Notes: a model not told the origin generated them from the letters alone. Positions 48,004-58,367 are shown, counted from the stretch's first letter. The stretch: DNA of 64,000 nucleotides from an uncultured Candidatus Saccharibacteria bacterium (GCA_964386665.1 CAYLQP010000005.1:177-64176); one strand, 5' to 3'. Translations and numbers: made by a program.

Positions 48004-50766
48004 TTAACTTCTGCTGCTCAATGTAGGACCTCTATCAATCTTAGTTTTGTATTCCTCAAAAAGTTTTTTAGGCACTTTTTCTATAACAATAATTGCAAAA
48101 TTCTCTTCTTCGGTCAACTTTCTTTTAAAGAAACGTGTAACAACCCATTTTTCGTCCCCTTCTTCAAGTATTGAAAAATCCGTCTCGGCCACATTTTCCA
48201 AACGAGTCATCATTACCCTACACCTACCGTCTTCAAATTCATTCCACTGGAAAGGTATTACATTATCCATAACCATTTCTTCTGTATATTGTTTTGAAAT
48301 GAAAATACTGTTCATTGATTTATTTGAAACAATGTTCAAAGAAGAATCCTCTTCAAACTGGAACTGTCCTTCAGCTACAAATCCGCGTTCAATATACTTC
48401 GGAGTAACTGGTGCCCCTTTAGAACAGGTGGCAGTTACAATGTGTTTGTTCATTACTTCGTCTAGAGTCTCTTCCATCATCTTTTCACCGATTCTTCCCC
48501 CTTGAAAATCAGGATCGATATTGAATTTACCAAAATATACTTGATCTCCATTATATTCAAATACAACCACTCCAACTAATTCTCCTTTAAAGAAAAGAGT
48601 TTGAAATTCTGCATTTGGTTTTTTTAAACTTTCATCAAAACCTTCAAGTAACTGCGCCAACATTTTTGGTCTATCTTTATAGTTTTTTCTGTAAATTTCT
48701 TTAATAGCTCGTATTTGATCTGGGGTAATTGTATAATTCTCACCTGTAAAAAGATCGGTGTCTGGTAAATCATTAAAATCAATTCTTTCGCGTTCTGTTG
48801 ATTGCACTATCGATTGCATTAAGATAGCCTCAGCTGATACAGCTTCTATTTTTTTACAAATCGTTTCTGGGTTACCACCTTTTATTAAATCAACAACTCT
48901 ATTTAATATTTTAGTTCGGACTCTTTGCGGAATCTTTCCAGATGCAACATTTTTTACCCTTCTTCTTCTTTCAATTTGTGCAAAGGGATCATTTTTAAGG
49001 TCATCACTTAGTTCGTCTTCACCTACCTCCCCGATGACTTCATCAAAGTGATTTAACTCTGCCAAGATTTTAGCAACACTAATGCAAATCTTTTCAGCAT
49101 CCTCATCATTAAAGCGCTCAAATAAATCTAAAACATACCCTTTGAACTCTTCACCCTCTAAGTTTAAGAGGATAAAAAATTTGAGTCCATTCTCACCAAG
49201 ACGTTTAGTCATTTGAACTATTCGATTTTTTTCAACATGATCAGCTTTTTGCCAAACCACAAACAAGGCACCTTGTTCTTTGAATGTAAGATTATTTAAG
49301 TCTGCTTCTGTATTATGAAAAAGCTCCCCATCCGCAAAACCAAAATAGCCTTTTTGAAACTCTGCAACATATTCCTCTCGCTCTTTTTTTTGCTCTTCAG
49401 TTTCATCAGGTTTTGGAATAAAAAGAGTTTCATACACAAATTCCATAACTCGGGCTTTTACAACATCATCTAAAGAATCCACTTCAGCTAATTTAAAATA
49501 TCCAGTCAATTGGTCATTTCCATCAAATACTCCAACCTCGCCATTAGGCGTAAGTCTTCTTACAAAATAGTTTGGATCATTTTGCTCAGCTAGATCATAC
49601 ATTTTCTCTAGATACCTCACTCCACTTTCTGAGACACCGATACGCCCAAACTCAAGTCTATATAACACAGCTGTCAAAGCATTCTTGTTTTTAGCCTCGC
49701 CTTTTATTTTTTCTAATAAACCTTTTGCCGCCCTATGAGGATCTTGTGCAACCAGAGCTTCAGTTGTTGCATTGGCAAAGATAGGGTTACGGTTTTTATC
49801 CCAAAATTCAACAAGTAAATCCGTTGTTTCTCCTGTATCATCCTTTACTTTTTTGATCTCATCTAACACAGCAAGTAGCATTCGGTGGTGTGGGTATTCC
49901 TCTACGGCACCTCCATGAGCAGCGGTATTATCCATTTGATATTGAAACCATTCTTGAGCTTGGTTATAGGCATTGCTTGGCTGAAATGTTCCGTACAACA
50001 TTGAATGTGCAACATTGTGTCGGGAAGTTTGATTAAATCTTTTCACACTAGCAGCTGAGAATACACTATTGTTTGTTTCTTCAAATACAAGTGAGTACTG
50101 AAGAATAGAGAGAGCTGTCTGAAGAAATCTTATTTTATCTGCTGTTGGTAATTTATCATATGCTTCTCCTTGAAACATGTTGCCTGTCTCTAATCTTTCA
50201 TCTAAGCCCAAAGATTGAGAGTTTGCATTATCAAAGGTTTCCAGAAATTCTTTGGAAGCTTCTCCAAAATCACTTATTCTTCTAAAAATATCAAAACTAT
50301 AATTTGATAGTAAGTGCGCCGGCGCGAGTTTACGACGGTCATGTACTGCGGCCCATTTATCTGATTGAACAAATCCCACACCTTCTGAAGAAGGTTCTTT
50401 AATATCTTCACCTAACCCAGCACAGATAGCCCACAAATTATATTCTCGACTACTTCTAGGTAATCTTTGAGATTCAATATATGACTTAAAAGCATCTAAT
50501 TCATTTGGAAAAACTTCAAAATACCTATTTGCAATATCGGGAGTAACCCTGAGATCTACCAAGGACATGGACAACCAAAACATCCGCGTGCCAACATCTA
50601 CTTCTTTGAGTGTGTTTAAATTTGATTCTTCAAAAAAATCAACCGGACTTCTAGAAAATTTTTCGACCCACAACTCAATTTCTTTATCAGAACCAACAGA
50701 AAGCTCGTATGCTTCCAAATACGCATCACTATTTTCTAATCCTTCTGGTGGAAATTCTTTTGGCAT
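48004..50766 (-). CDS. Large acidic hypothetical protein with C-terminal GNAT domain
   Basis: FGKFNIDPDFQGGRIG...YIERGF acetyl-CoA motif. Confidence 0.7.
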   Translation of the reverse strand: MPKEFPPEGLENSDAYLEAYELSVGSDKEIELWVEKFSRSPVDFFEESNLNTLKEVDVGTRMFWLSMSLVDLRVTPDIANRYFEVFPNELDAFKSYIESQRLPRSSREYNLWAICAGLGEDIKEPSSEGVGFVQSDKWAAVHDRRKLAPAHLLSNYSFDIFRRISDFGEASKEFLETFDNANSQSLGLDERLETGNMFQGEAYDKLPTADKIRFLQTALSILQYSLVFEETNNSVFSAASVKRFNQTSRHNVAHSMLYGTFQPSNAYNQAQEWFQYQMDNTAAHGGAVEEYPHHRMLLAVLDEIKKVKDDTGETTDLLVEFWDKNRNPIFANATTEALVAQDPHRAAKGLLEKIKGEAKNKNALTAVLYRLEFGRIGVSESGVRYLEKMYDLAEQNDPNYFVRRLTPNGEVGVFDGNDQLTGYFKLAEVDSLDDVVKARVMEFVYETLFIPKPDETEEQKKEREEYVAEFQKGYFGFADGELFHNTEADLNNLTFKEQGALFVVWQKADHVEKNRIVQMTKRLGENGLKFFILLNLEGEEFKGYVLDLFERFNDEDAEKICISVAKILAELNHFDEVIGEVGEDELSDDLKNDPFAQIERRRRVKNVASGKIPQRVRTKILNRVVDLIKGGNPETICKKIEAVSAEAILMQSIVQSTERERIDFNDLPDTDLFTGENYTITPDQIRAIKEIYRKNYKDRPKMLAQLLEGFDESLKKPNAEFQTLFFKGELVGVVVFEYNGDQVYFGKFNIDPDFQGGRIGEKMMEETLDEVMNKHIVTATCSKGAPVTPKYIERGFVAEGQFQFEEDSSLNIVSNKSMNSIFISKQYTEEMVMDNVIPFQWNEFEDGRCRVMMTRLENVAETDFSILEEGDEKWVVTRFFKRKLTEEENFAIIVIEKVPKKLFEEYKTKIDRGPTLSSRS

Positions 50767-50768
50767 AT

Positions 50769-51947
50769 TTATTTCTTCCCTCGCAAGACTTTATCGATCT
50801 TTTGGGCGATTTTGACGAAGTCCACCTCCTTCTTTCCTCGTGTGGTTTCTGCTGGACTTCCAAGTCGGATTCCAGATGGGTCAAATGGACTTCGTGTTTC
50901 TCCCGGAATTGTGTTTTTGTTACAAATCATCCCTGCTTTCTCGAGAAGTGCTTCGGCGTCTTTTCCAGGAAGACCCTTCCCACCCATCCATGTATCAACA
51001 AGTACAATGTGTGAATCAGTCCCTTTTGAAACAATTCTCCATCCAAGTCTCGATAGTTCTTTGGCGAGTGCACGAGCATTTTTGATGACTTGTTTTGCAT
51101 ATGTCTTAAATTTTGGATCCATAGCTTCTTTGAGTGCAACCGCAACCGCAGCAATTTGACTCATATGTGGACCTCCTTGAATAGATGGAAACACAGCTTT
51201 GTCTATTTTTTTGTTTAGTTCTCTTTCATCTTTTTTTGCAAAGATAAGCGCTGAACGAGGACCTCGAAGTGTCTTATGAGTGGTGGTTGTAACGATATCA
51301 GCGTAAGGAAAAGGGCTCGGGTAAGCCTTCCCTGCTATAAGTCCTGCGATATGAGACATATCAACCATAAGGAGTGCTCCGCAGGCATCTGCAATTTCTC
51401 TAAATTTTTTCCAATCAACCACTCGTGGATATGCAGTGAATCCTGCTACTATGAGAGCTGGTTTTTCTTCTAGTGCGATTTTTTTTACTGCATCATAATC
51501 AATGAGCTCGGTGTTTGGATCAACAAAAAATGGTACTCGTTGCCACACTTTTCCTGTGATTGATACTTTCTGAGCATGCGAGAGATGTCCTCCAGATGAA
51601 AGCTCCATTCCCATAATTTTTGCACCTAAAGGTACTGCCCCGAGATATGCAGCAAGATTTGCATTTGCACCACTTAACGCCTGAACATTAACATGCCAAT
51701 TATCTTTCTTGAGTCCAAAGAGTTTAAGTGTTCGCTCCTGACAAAGAAGCTCTAATTTATCTGTGTTATCTTGCCCTCCATAATATCTTGCGTGAGGATA
51801 CCCTTCAGCATACTTATTATCAAAGATAGACCCAAGAGCTTCGAGTACATCTTTAGAACAATAATTTTCTGATGGAATAATGTTGAGAACTCTTTTTTGT
51901 CTTTTTGTTTCGTCTTGTATAAGCTTTTTGATTTGTATGTCTTTCAT
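50769..51947 (-). CDS. glyA: Serine hydroxymethyltransferase
   Basis: KYAEGYP..RYYGG, GGHLSH, TTTTHKTLRGPR. Confidence 0.98.
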   Translation of the reverse strand: MKDIQIKKLIQDETKRQKRVLNIIPSENYCSKDVLEALGSIFDNKYAEGYPHARYYGGQDNTDKLELLCQERTLKLFGLKKDNWHVNVQALSGANANLAAYLGAVPLGAKIMGMELSSGGHLSHAQKVSITGKVWQRVPFFVDPNTELIDYDAVKKIALEEKPALIVAGFTAYPRVVDWKKFREIADACGALLMVDMSHIAGLIAGKAYPSPFPYADIVTTTTHKTLRGPRSALIFAKKDERELNKKIDKAVFPSIQGGPHMSQIAAVAVALKEAMDPKFKTYAKQVIKNARALAKELSRLGWRIVSKGTDSHIVLVDTWMGGKGLPGKDAEALLEKAGMICNKNTIPGETRSPFDPSGIRLGSPAETTRGKKEVDFVKIAQKIDKVLRGKK

Positions 51948-52038
51948 ATTATTGAAGTTTAAAAAATAATCTACAAATAAAGAGAGTAAGGTTTATTCAG
52001 TTGTAATAATCTTAAATCATAATTAGTAGTGCTACATT

Positions 52039-52533
52039 TTATTTAAATACCTTTTCGCTTCCTTTCATAAGGTATACATTTATTATACCAGCTGAAATTA
52101 TAGAGTCGAAACAGGGCTTACAACACCACCAATGACCCCATAAGTAAAGGTCTGCCCCTTTTACTTTTTGAGTACCATATTTGTTGGTTGCATCTCGAAC
52201 AGCCGAAGCTTCTGCGTGGTTTTTGTTGGTAACACATCCTGGACAAACCCAGTATTTTGTACCACTTTTAACCTTGAGCCACTTTCGAAGACAAGCGCCC
52301 TTACCATGAAGACGGGTAAACCATTTTTGTTTGAATGTGGCACAATTTGCCCCATATCCAATAATTTCATTACCTTTAACTATTACGGCACCTGTTGGGT
52401 GATGAAGATCTGTGCTGTGCTGAAGAGAAAACCTCTTTGCTTCTTGTAAAAAAGAATTATCCTCGTCCACATAGAGAATAGTCCAGCCTTCTGGCATATA
52501 CGGATAATTTATATGTTTTGATTCATTACTCAT
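52039..52533 (-). CDS. dCMP/cytidine deaminase-family zinc protein
   Basis: TGAVIVK, HAE, WCCKPC. Confidence 0.85.
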   Translation of the reverse strand: MSNESKHINYPYMPEGWTILYVDEDNSFLQEAKRFSLQHSTDLHHPTGAVIVKGNEIIGYGANCATFKQKWFTRLHGKGACLRKWLKVKSGTKYWVCPGCVTNKNHAEASAVRDATNKYGTQKVKGADLYLWGHWWCCKPCFDSIISAGIINVYLMKGSEKVFK

Positions 52534-52551
52534 TAGGATTATAATACCAGT

Positions 52552-53421
52552 ATGACAAAATTTGACCAGATATATACAAACATATTAAAAAATATTCTAA
52601 AGAACGGGATTGAGGAAACTTCGACTCTTCAGAAGGTCAAGACAAAGGCACTTCCTGGGGTTCATTTTCAGATAGATATTGAAAAGGATGGTTTCCCTCT
52701 TCTGACTCTTCGTAAGATCCCAGTAAAACTTTTTGTAGCTGAACAAATCTGGTTTATTTCAGGAGCCCGAAAACCAGAAGACTTCTTGCGAGATTACACA
52801 AAAATCTGGGACGCATTCACAAATCCAAACGATGTTGTTACTGTTGCGTACGGATACAGATGGCGCAAACATTTTGGGAGAGACCAGATTGGTGCGCTTG
52901 TAAAACTTCTTCAAAAAGAACCCTTAAGTCGCCACGGTGTTGTTATCGCTTGGGACCCAGGAGCTGATGGACTTTCTCTTATCAAAAAAGCAAATGTTCC
53001 CTGTCCCTATTCATTTACAGTAAATATTATTGGTGGCAGACTCCATCTCCACAACATTGTTCGATCAAATGATATGTATCTTGGGTTTCCCGCGGACGTG
53101 GCAGGGTTTGCATTGCTTCAATGCATCCTCGCCCAAAAACTTGGCGTACGACCTGGTATATACAGTCACTCCATTTCAAATTCGCATATTTATGAAAACC
53201 AATTTGATGCAACTAATGAGTTAATAAAAAGAAAAAACAATCACAAAAATATCTCTGTAAAACTCCCACACAACACCTTTGACCGTGCAGAAAAAAAGGA
53301 CAAAAAACTTGCCGAAGAAATTATCCAAATGTTTGAAAAACAATACTCCCCTCTCGAGAATATAAAAGGGGTCAAAATCACTACTTGGAATGACCAAGTA
53401 AAAAAACAAAAAAGGAAGTAG
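52552..53421 (+). CDS. thyA: Thymidylate synthase-family protein with Asp at the Asn177 position
   Basis: FPLLTLRK, YGYRWR, DQI, AWDP, PC, RSND..LG.P, HIYEN; family certain, substrate uncertain. Confidence 0.9.
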   Translation: MTKFDQIYTNILKNILKNGIEETSTLQKVKTKALPGVHFQIDIEKDGFPLLTLRKIPVKLFVAEQIWFISGARKPEDFLRDYTKIWDAFTNPNDVVTVAYGYRWRKHFGRDQIGALVKLLQKEPLSRHGVVIAWDPGADGLSLIKKANVPCPYSFTVNIIGGRLHLHNIVRSNDMYLGFPADVAGFALLQCILAQKLGVRPGIYSHSISNSHIYENQFDATNELIKRKNNHKNISVKLPHNTFDRAEKKDKKLAEEIIQMFEKQYSPLENIKGVKITTWNDQVKKQKRK

Positions 53422-53509
53422 GACCTACGCTTTTTTAACCTTAACAACAACATTTAAATAAAAAAATGTAAGGATTGTGCTCTTTTGGCTATTTTGTATA
53501 CTTATCTAT

Positions 53510-54163
53510 ATGGCAATACTTACCCAAAAGCAGATTTTAGAAAGGGTCCAATCAGGCAATATTGGATTTAAACCTGGTCTTGATGAATTTCAAGTTCAAG
53601 CCCATGCAATCGATATGCGACTTGGTTATACGTTTTTACTTCCTAAGAGCTGGCATCTTACAGACAAGGGTCGTGAAGCGCTCTATATAGACCACTATGA
53701 CAAGAACCGGCAAGACTATTTCGATGTGATTGAGCTTGAAAAAGGACAGATATTTGAACTGCTTCCTGGTGAATACGTCCTTGCCTCAACTCTTGAAAGT
53801 GTAAAGATTCCAGACGACCTTATGGCAGTCCTTTATCCTCGAAGTTCAACGAACCGAAAAGGACTTTCAGTTGACCTTACTGGAATCATCGACTCAGGAT
53901 ATGAAGGTCAACTTGTTATCCCTATTCGAAACAACACAGGTTCTCAAGTAGTGAAACTATATCCCGGAGAACGGTTTTGCCAGATTGTCTTTGAACGTCT
54001 TGAAGAGTCAGTCACTGCAGAAAAAAGTCGATATCATATGAAAGATATTGTCGATGGATTTATCCAAACAAAAGATGGTAAGAAAAAAAGAGATCTCGAC
54101 GAACTTCAATATGTATCAAATGGCAAGATTACAGAATTAAAAGCTGAAAGAAAAATACAATGA
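53510..54163 (+). CDS. dcd: dCTP deaminase
   Basis: IDMRLG, LLPGEYVLASTLE, RSS, IDSGYEG, GERFCQI. Confidence 0.88.
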   Translation: MAILTQKQILERVQSGNIGFKPGLDEFQVQAHAIDMRLGYTFLLPKSWHLTDKGREALYIDHYDKNRQDYFDVIELEKGQIFELLPGEYVLASTLESVKIPDDLMAVLYPRSSTNRKGLSVDLTGIIDSGYEGQLVIPIRNNTGSQVVKLYPGERFCQIVFERLEESVTAEKSRYHMKDIVDGFIQTKDGKKKRDLDELQYVSNGKITELKAERKIQ

Positions 54164-54498
54164 CATTTGATGATTATGAAAAAATAGCAAGGACCACAGA
54201 CTCAACTCAAGGACATCCTTTTATTTCTGCCAAGTTTATGTCAATTGTTTTGGGACTCGCTGGAGAAACAGGAGAAATAATGGAAAAATTTAAAAAAATC
54301 TGTTGGCACAAAGAAGGTGTCTGGACCGAAGAAGACAAAAAAGAACTAGCAAAAGAACTTGGTGATGTGCTCTGGTATACATCTTCTCTTGCAGGACACG
54401 TTGGTTTGTCTCTTGAAGAGATTGCAAAACAAAATCTAGAAAAAATAAAAAGCAGAGTTGACCGAGGAGTACACCAGGGATTTGGTGATAACCGGTAG
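54160..54498 (+). CDS. MazG-like nucleotide pyrophosphohydrolase
   Basis: LGLAGETGE, KELGDVLWY, NLEK..SR..RG. Confidence 0.92.
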   Translation: MTFDDYEKIARTTDSTQGHPFISAKFMSIVLGLAGETGEIMEKFKKICWHKEGVWTEEDKKELAKELGDVLWYTSSLAGHVGLSLEEIAKQNLEKIKSRVDRGVHQGFGDNR

Positions 54499-54708
54499 AG
54501 CTGAAATAGAGTGAAGAGCGTAGTATGTGGAACGTAGATAAACAAAAACTACATACCATAAGCGAAGCGGACTACATATAACATACAAATCAACGGATCC
54601 CGTTAGAAAACAAATATAACCATTTACAACCTCAAACTTATGAAAAAACAAAACCCATCCATCAATTACCTTTATAAGCAATTATCTAACGTTTTCTAAA
54701 CGGGATGA

Positions 54709-54841
54709 ATGGGGTAGTAGAAAATGACATTGTATAAATACCTAAAAAAATAAATCAACATATGCAAGTCATACACTTAACAAAATTATTTAAACAAAAT
54801 GAAGTTGCTCAATAGAGCTATGTCATTTTTCACTACCCCAT
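54709..54841. repeat. 22-bp inverted repeat flanking an 89-bp spacer
   Basis: 54709-54730 vs 54820-54841, 20/22 match. Confidence 0.85.
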
Positions 54842-55550
54842 GAAAATATCAGTTATTATCCCAGCTCTCAATGAAGAAACGCGTATTGTATCTACCCTTG
54901 AACAGGTGGGAGGTTTTTTGGAGCAACATGATATTAACGCAGAAATTATCACTGTGGATGATGGGTCCACTGATGCAACAGAATTTGTTAGTCATGAGAC
55001 ACTGCGACGCAGACACACTCCTTATAAAGTTATTCGTCACAAAACCAATGCAGGAAAAGGAGCTGCCATTGCAACAGGTATCAAGCATTCGACCGGAGAT
55101 TATATTCTTTTTCTTGATGCTGACGGATCTACCAACATCAAGGAATTAAAAAGATTTTTTACTTATATTAATCCTGCCACACTTCTTATTGGCTCTCGTC
55201 AAAAAAATAAAAACCTTATTCTTATCGACCAAGGATACGGAAGAAAAATACTTGGTTTTTTTACTCAACTCTTTCATAAAATATTTTTTAGACTTCCTGT
55301 ACTTGATAGTCAGTGTGGCTTCAAATTACTTCCAAAAAGTCTCGCAATCTCCTTTATTCGCAAACCATATCCAAAACGCTTCGGATTTGATATCGCACTC
55401 ATCGACTATGCACTTAAGTGTGGATTTGAAGTTGAAGAGATTGGTGTAGAATGGAAAGATATTTCAGGAAGTAATGTACGACCGTTTGTTGATATATTTA
55501 AAACTGCCTTTGAACTTTTGATTTACAAAATTAATAGCCTAAAACAATAA
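54840..55550 (+). CDS. GT2 glycosyltransferase (polyprenol-phosphate glycosyltransferase-like)
   Basis: SVIIPALNE, VDDGSTD, FLDADG, DSQCGFK. Confidence 0.92.
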   Translation: MKISVIIPALNEETRIVSTLEQVGGFLEQHDINAEIITVDDGSTDATEFVSHETLRRRHTPYKVIRHKTNAGKGAAIATGIKHSTGDYILFLDADGSTNIKELKRFFTYINPATLLIGSRQKNKNLILIDQGYGRKILGFFTQLFHKIFFRLPVLDSQCGFKLLPKSLAISFIRKPYPKRFGFDIALIDYALKCGFEVEEIGVEWKDISGSNVRPFVDIFKTAFELLIYKINSLKQ

Positions 55551-55552
55551 CC

Positions 55553-56062
55553 ATGATTCATACATTTATTATTGCAGCGCAAACACTTGATGGATTTATC
55601 GCAAAAGATAGCAATCATCCTGCCTTCTGGACAAGCAAGGAGGACAAAAAACGATTTGTTGAACTCACTCAAAGAGCCGGAGTATGTGTGATGGGTTCTC
55701 AAACATTTAAAACCCTCCCTCGTCCACTCAAAGAACGACATAACGTAGTTTACTCAAGAAAAGAACAGTTCGAAGGTGAAAACGTAGAAACCACTTCTCT
55801 TCCCCCTATTGAACTGATCACTAATCTTGAAGCAAAAGGTTACAAAGAAGTTGCGATCTGTGGTGGCTCAAGTATTTATACAATGTTTCTAAAAGCGGGT
55901 GTTGTAGACACGATTTATCTCACTATTGAACCAAAACTATTTGGAAAAGGTATGACGCTTTTTTCTGATGATATGAATATCGAAGTTGAACTTGTCTCTC
56001 ACGAAAAAACAGAAGGAGGAACTTTACTTCTTGAATACAAAGTAAAAGGAAAGATGATATGA
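55553..56062 (+). CDS. folA: Dihydrofolate reductase
   Basis: EDKKRF, VMGSQTF, RPLKER, ICGGSSIY. Confidence 0.88.
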   Translation: MIHTFIIAAQTLDGFIAKDSNHPAFWTSKEDKKRFVELTQRAGVCVMGSQTFKTLPRPLKERHNVVYSRKEQFEGENVETTSLPPIELITNLEAKGYKEVAICGGSSIYTMFLKAGVVDTIYLTIEPKLFGKGMTLFSDDMNIEVELVSHEKTEGGTLLLEYKVKGKMI

Positions 56063-56175
56063 GAGGGTTAGCTTCTAGACTCTAGACTCTAGGCTTTAGG
56101 GAGAAGCCAAAAAAACTTGAAAGAAAGTTTCCCATTTCACTCTGTATATTAAAAAAAAGCGGACATTTAAGCCGC

Positions 56176-56783
56176 TTATTCAAGAACAAGGAAAGATGGG
56201 ACCCCGGACTCCCCTTGCACAATATCTAACAATGAACGACCTAGTGCTTGGGCTACTCCAAAGACTTTTGCCAGAAGATCAGCAATTTCACCCTCTTGTT
56301 CCTGAGGAGCTGTATGTACTGCTTCTGCCACTTCCCACGCCTCTTCCAAGCAATGGGTACAGATTTCCCAAAGCGGTGTCTCTGGATAAATCGAATCAAT
56401 CATTTGTTGTAGCAGGTCCAAAGTATCATACTGCAAAGGAAGAACAGGTTGGAGATTAGCTTTTTCTTCGCTTGGTCCAGAATGATGTACTCCTCTTTTC
56501 CTTCCTTTTGAACATTGACAGGGGACATTGCCACACCAGGGACAGACACCTGGATATTTTGTGACAAGAACTTCCGTCGCATCAATCGCCAATGAGTTAC
56601 AAAGCGCGAGAGTAGCAAACAAAAGTTTTGTCAAAAACTTTGGGATATCTTCTGGGCAACCCCTTCGGTTACTCTTACTTACTTTCTTGCCCAGTGACCA
56701 ATTACCCAAGTGATGTCCTTGGGTGTTTTGTCTCCAGGAAAAGCCAGATCTTGTAGATCTTTTAGTGAATCGAGAGTTTTCAT
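56176..56783 (-). pseudogene. Frameshifted tandem MazG-like protein
   Basis: ATG frame MKTLDSLKDLQ...GHWARK* (stop 56679) overlaps a second frame with KYPGVCPWCG..PCQC and LEEAWEVAEA..EIADL. Confidence 0.6.
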
Positions 56784-57067
56784 ATTTTCTACCTCTAAAC
56801 TTACTTTCTTTTGAGAAAAAGTCAAACACAAAAGCGGCAGCCTTCGGCTGCCGCTTTTTGTGTTTTTTTGTGTTTTAGAGATTATGCTACTACCTCCACC
56901 CACACATATTTTTCTGATGAAAAATTACGCGGGCCCGTCTCGCGCCGTCGCGCTCCGACCGGTTGAAGTGATCTATATCACTTCAAATCCTTACAGGATC
57001 AGTACACCTTTTGGATATATTTCTTCGCAAAGCTTGAAATCTATCTCAAAAGATCCGCGAAGGTTTC

Positions 57068-57490
57068 CTATATCACCTCCACGCCCATACTCCGACAAGT
57101 TCCTTCGATGATTCTCATTGCTCCCTCAATGTCTTTTGCATTTAAGTCTACCATTTTCTTTTCTGCAATTTCTTTGATTTGAGCCTTTGTAATCTTCCCT
57201 GCTTTTTTCTTAAGGTTTGTTCCTGATCCTTTTTCAATTTTCATTGATTTAAGAATAAGTCTACTTGCAGGTGGAGTCTTGAGAACAAAATCATAACTTC
57301 GGTCTTCGTAGACAGAAATGACAACTGGAATAATATCCCCTGCCATTGCTGCTGTCGCCGCGTTAAACTTTGTAACGAAGTCTCCAATTGCGATTCCAGC
57401 TTGTCCAAGAGCAGGTCCTACTGGTGGTGCCGGCGTTGCTTTCCCTGCTGGGATCACAAGCTTTAGTTTTTTTGTTATTTTTTTTGCCAT
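57068..57490 (-). CDS. rplK: 50S ribosomal protein uL11
   Basis: [26 protein letters not shown]. Confidence 0.98.
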   Translation of the reverse strand: MAKKITKKLKLVIPAGKATPAPPVGPALGQAGIAIGDFVTKFNAATAAMAGDIIPVVISVYEDRSYDFVLKTPPASRLILKSMKIEKGSGTNLKKKAGKITKAQIKEIAEKKMVDLNAKDIEGAMRIIEGTCRSMGVEVI

Positions 57491-57629
57491 ATTATTTTAG
57501 AATATTGAATGATGAATCTATAATACTTTGTAATGAATCAAGAATCATATCAAGAGTTAATATTTTGAGAAGCGCTTTTTAAAGCCAAAACTTAATTCCT
57601 GAATCTCGACTCTCGATTCTATTTTACTA

Positions 57630-58172
57630 TCAAATCCGTCTTACTTGCAAAAAGTCTAGCTCAACTGGAGTTTCTCGTCCAAACATTGAAACAAGAACTT
57701 TAATCTTTCCTTTTTCTCGATCAACTTCTGCAACCTTCCCTTCAAGTTCTTTGAATGGACCGTCCACTATTGTTACCGCATCATCTATTTCAAGGTCAAT
57801 ATTATGCTTTGGAGTACTGTTATCCATCCGTCGGAAAAGTTCATCAACTTCTTTCTTTTCAAGAGGTACTGGATATACTCCACTACCAACGAACCCTGTA
57901 ACTCGAGGTGTGTTTCGAACTACGTACCAAGAATCGTCAGTTACAATCATATCTACAAGAACGTACCCTGGGTAGATTTTTTCTTCTTCTTCAGTTCGTT
58001 TGTTTCCTTTGATTTTGATTTTCTTTTCTGTTGGAACAATCACGTTGAAAATCCGATCCTCCATTCCAAGAGATTCAATTCGTTGTTTAAGGTTTTTTGC
58101 CACTGCATTTTCATACCCAGCGTATGTATGAATTGCAAACCAGTTTCGTTCTCCTTCAGCTTGTTTTGACAT
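57630..58172 (-). CDS. nusG: Transcription factor NusG
   Basis: YPGYVLV, VRNTPRVTGFVG, DGPF, FGRETPVEL. Confidence 0.98.
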   Translation of the reverse strand: MSKQAEGERNWFAIHTYAGYENAVAKNLKQRIESLGMEDRIFNVIVPTEKKIKIKGNKRTEEEEKIYPGYVLVDMIVTDDSWYVVRNTPRVTGFVGSGVYPVPLEKKEVDELFRRMDNSTPKHNIDLEIDDAVTIVDGPFKELEGKVAEVDREKGKIKVLVSMFGRETPVELDFLQVRRI

Positions 58173-58184
58173 AGTACTGTTTAA

Positions 58185-58367
58185 TTAAAAGTTAAGTAAT
58201 TTTGAAAGACCTTCTTTAAATAAAAAATCAAAAAGTCCAAGCGCGACTGCAACTCCAATCGAAAACAAAATAACAAGCACGGTAAAAAAAGCAGTTTTCT
58301 TTTTGTCTGGGAAGATAACGTGTGTCATCTCATTTTTTACTTCTTTGATATACTCTCCTGGTTTCAT
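58185..58367 (-). CDS. secE: Preprotein translocase SecE
   Basis: EVKNEMTHVIFP plus one TM; upstream of nusG. Confidence 0.92.
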   Translation of the reverse strand: MKPGEYIKEVKNEMTHVIFPDKKKTAFFTVLVILFSIGVAVALGLFDFLFKEGLSKLLNF

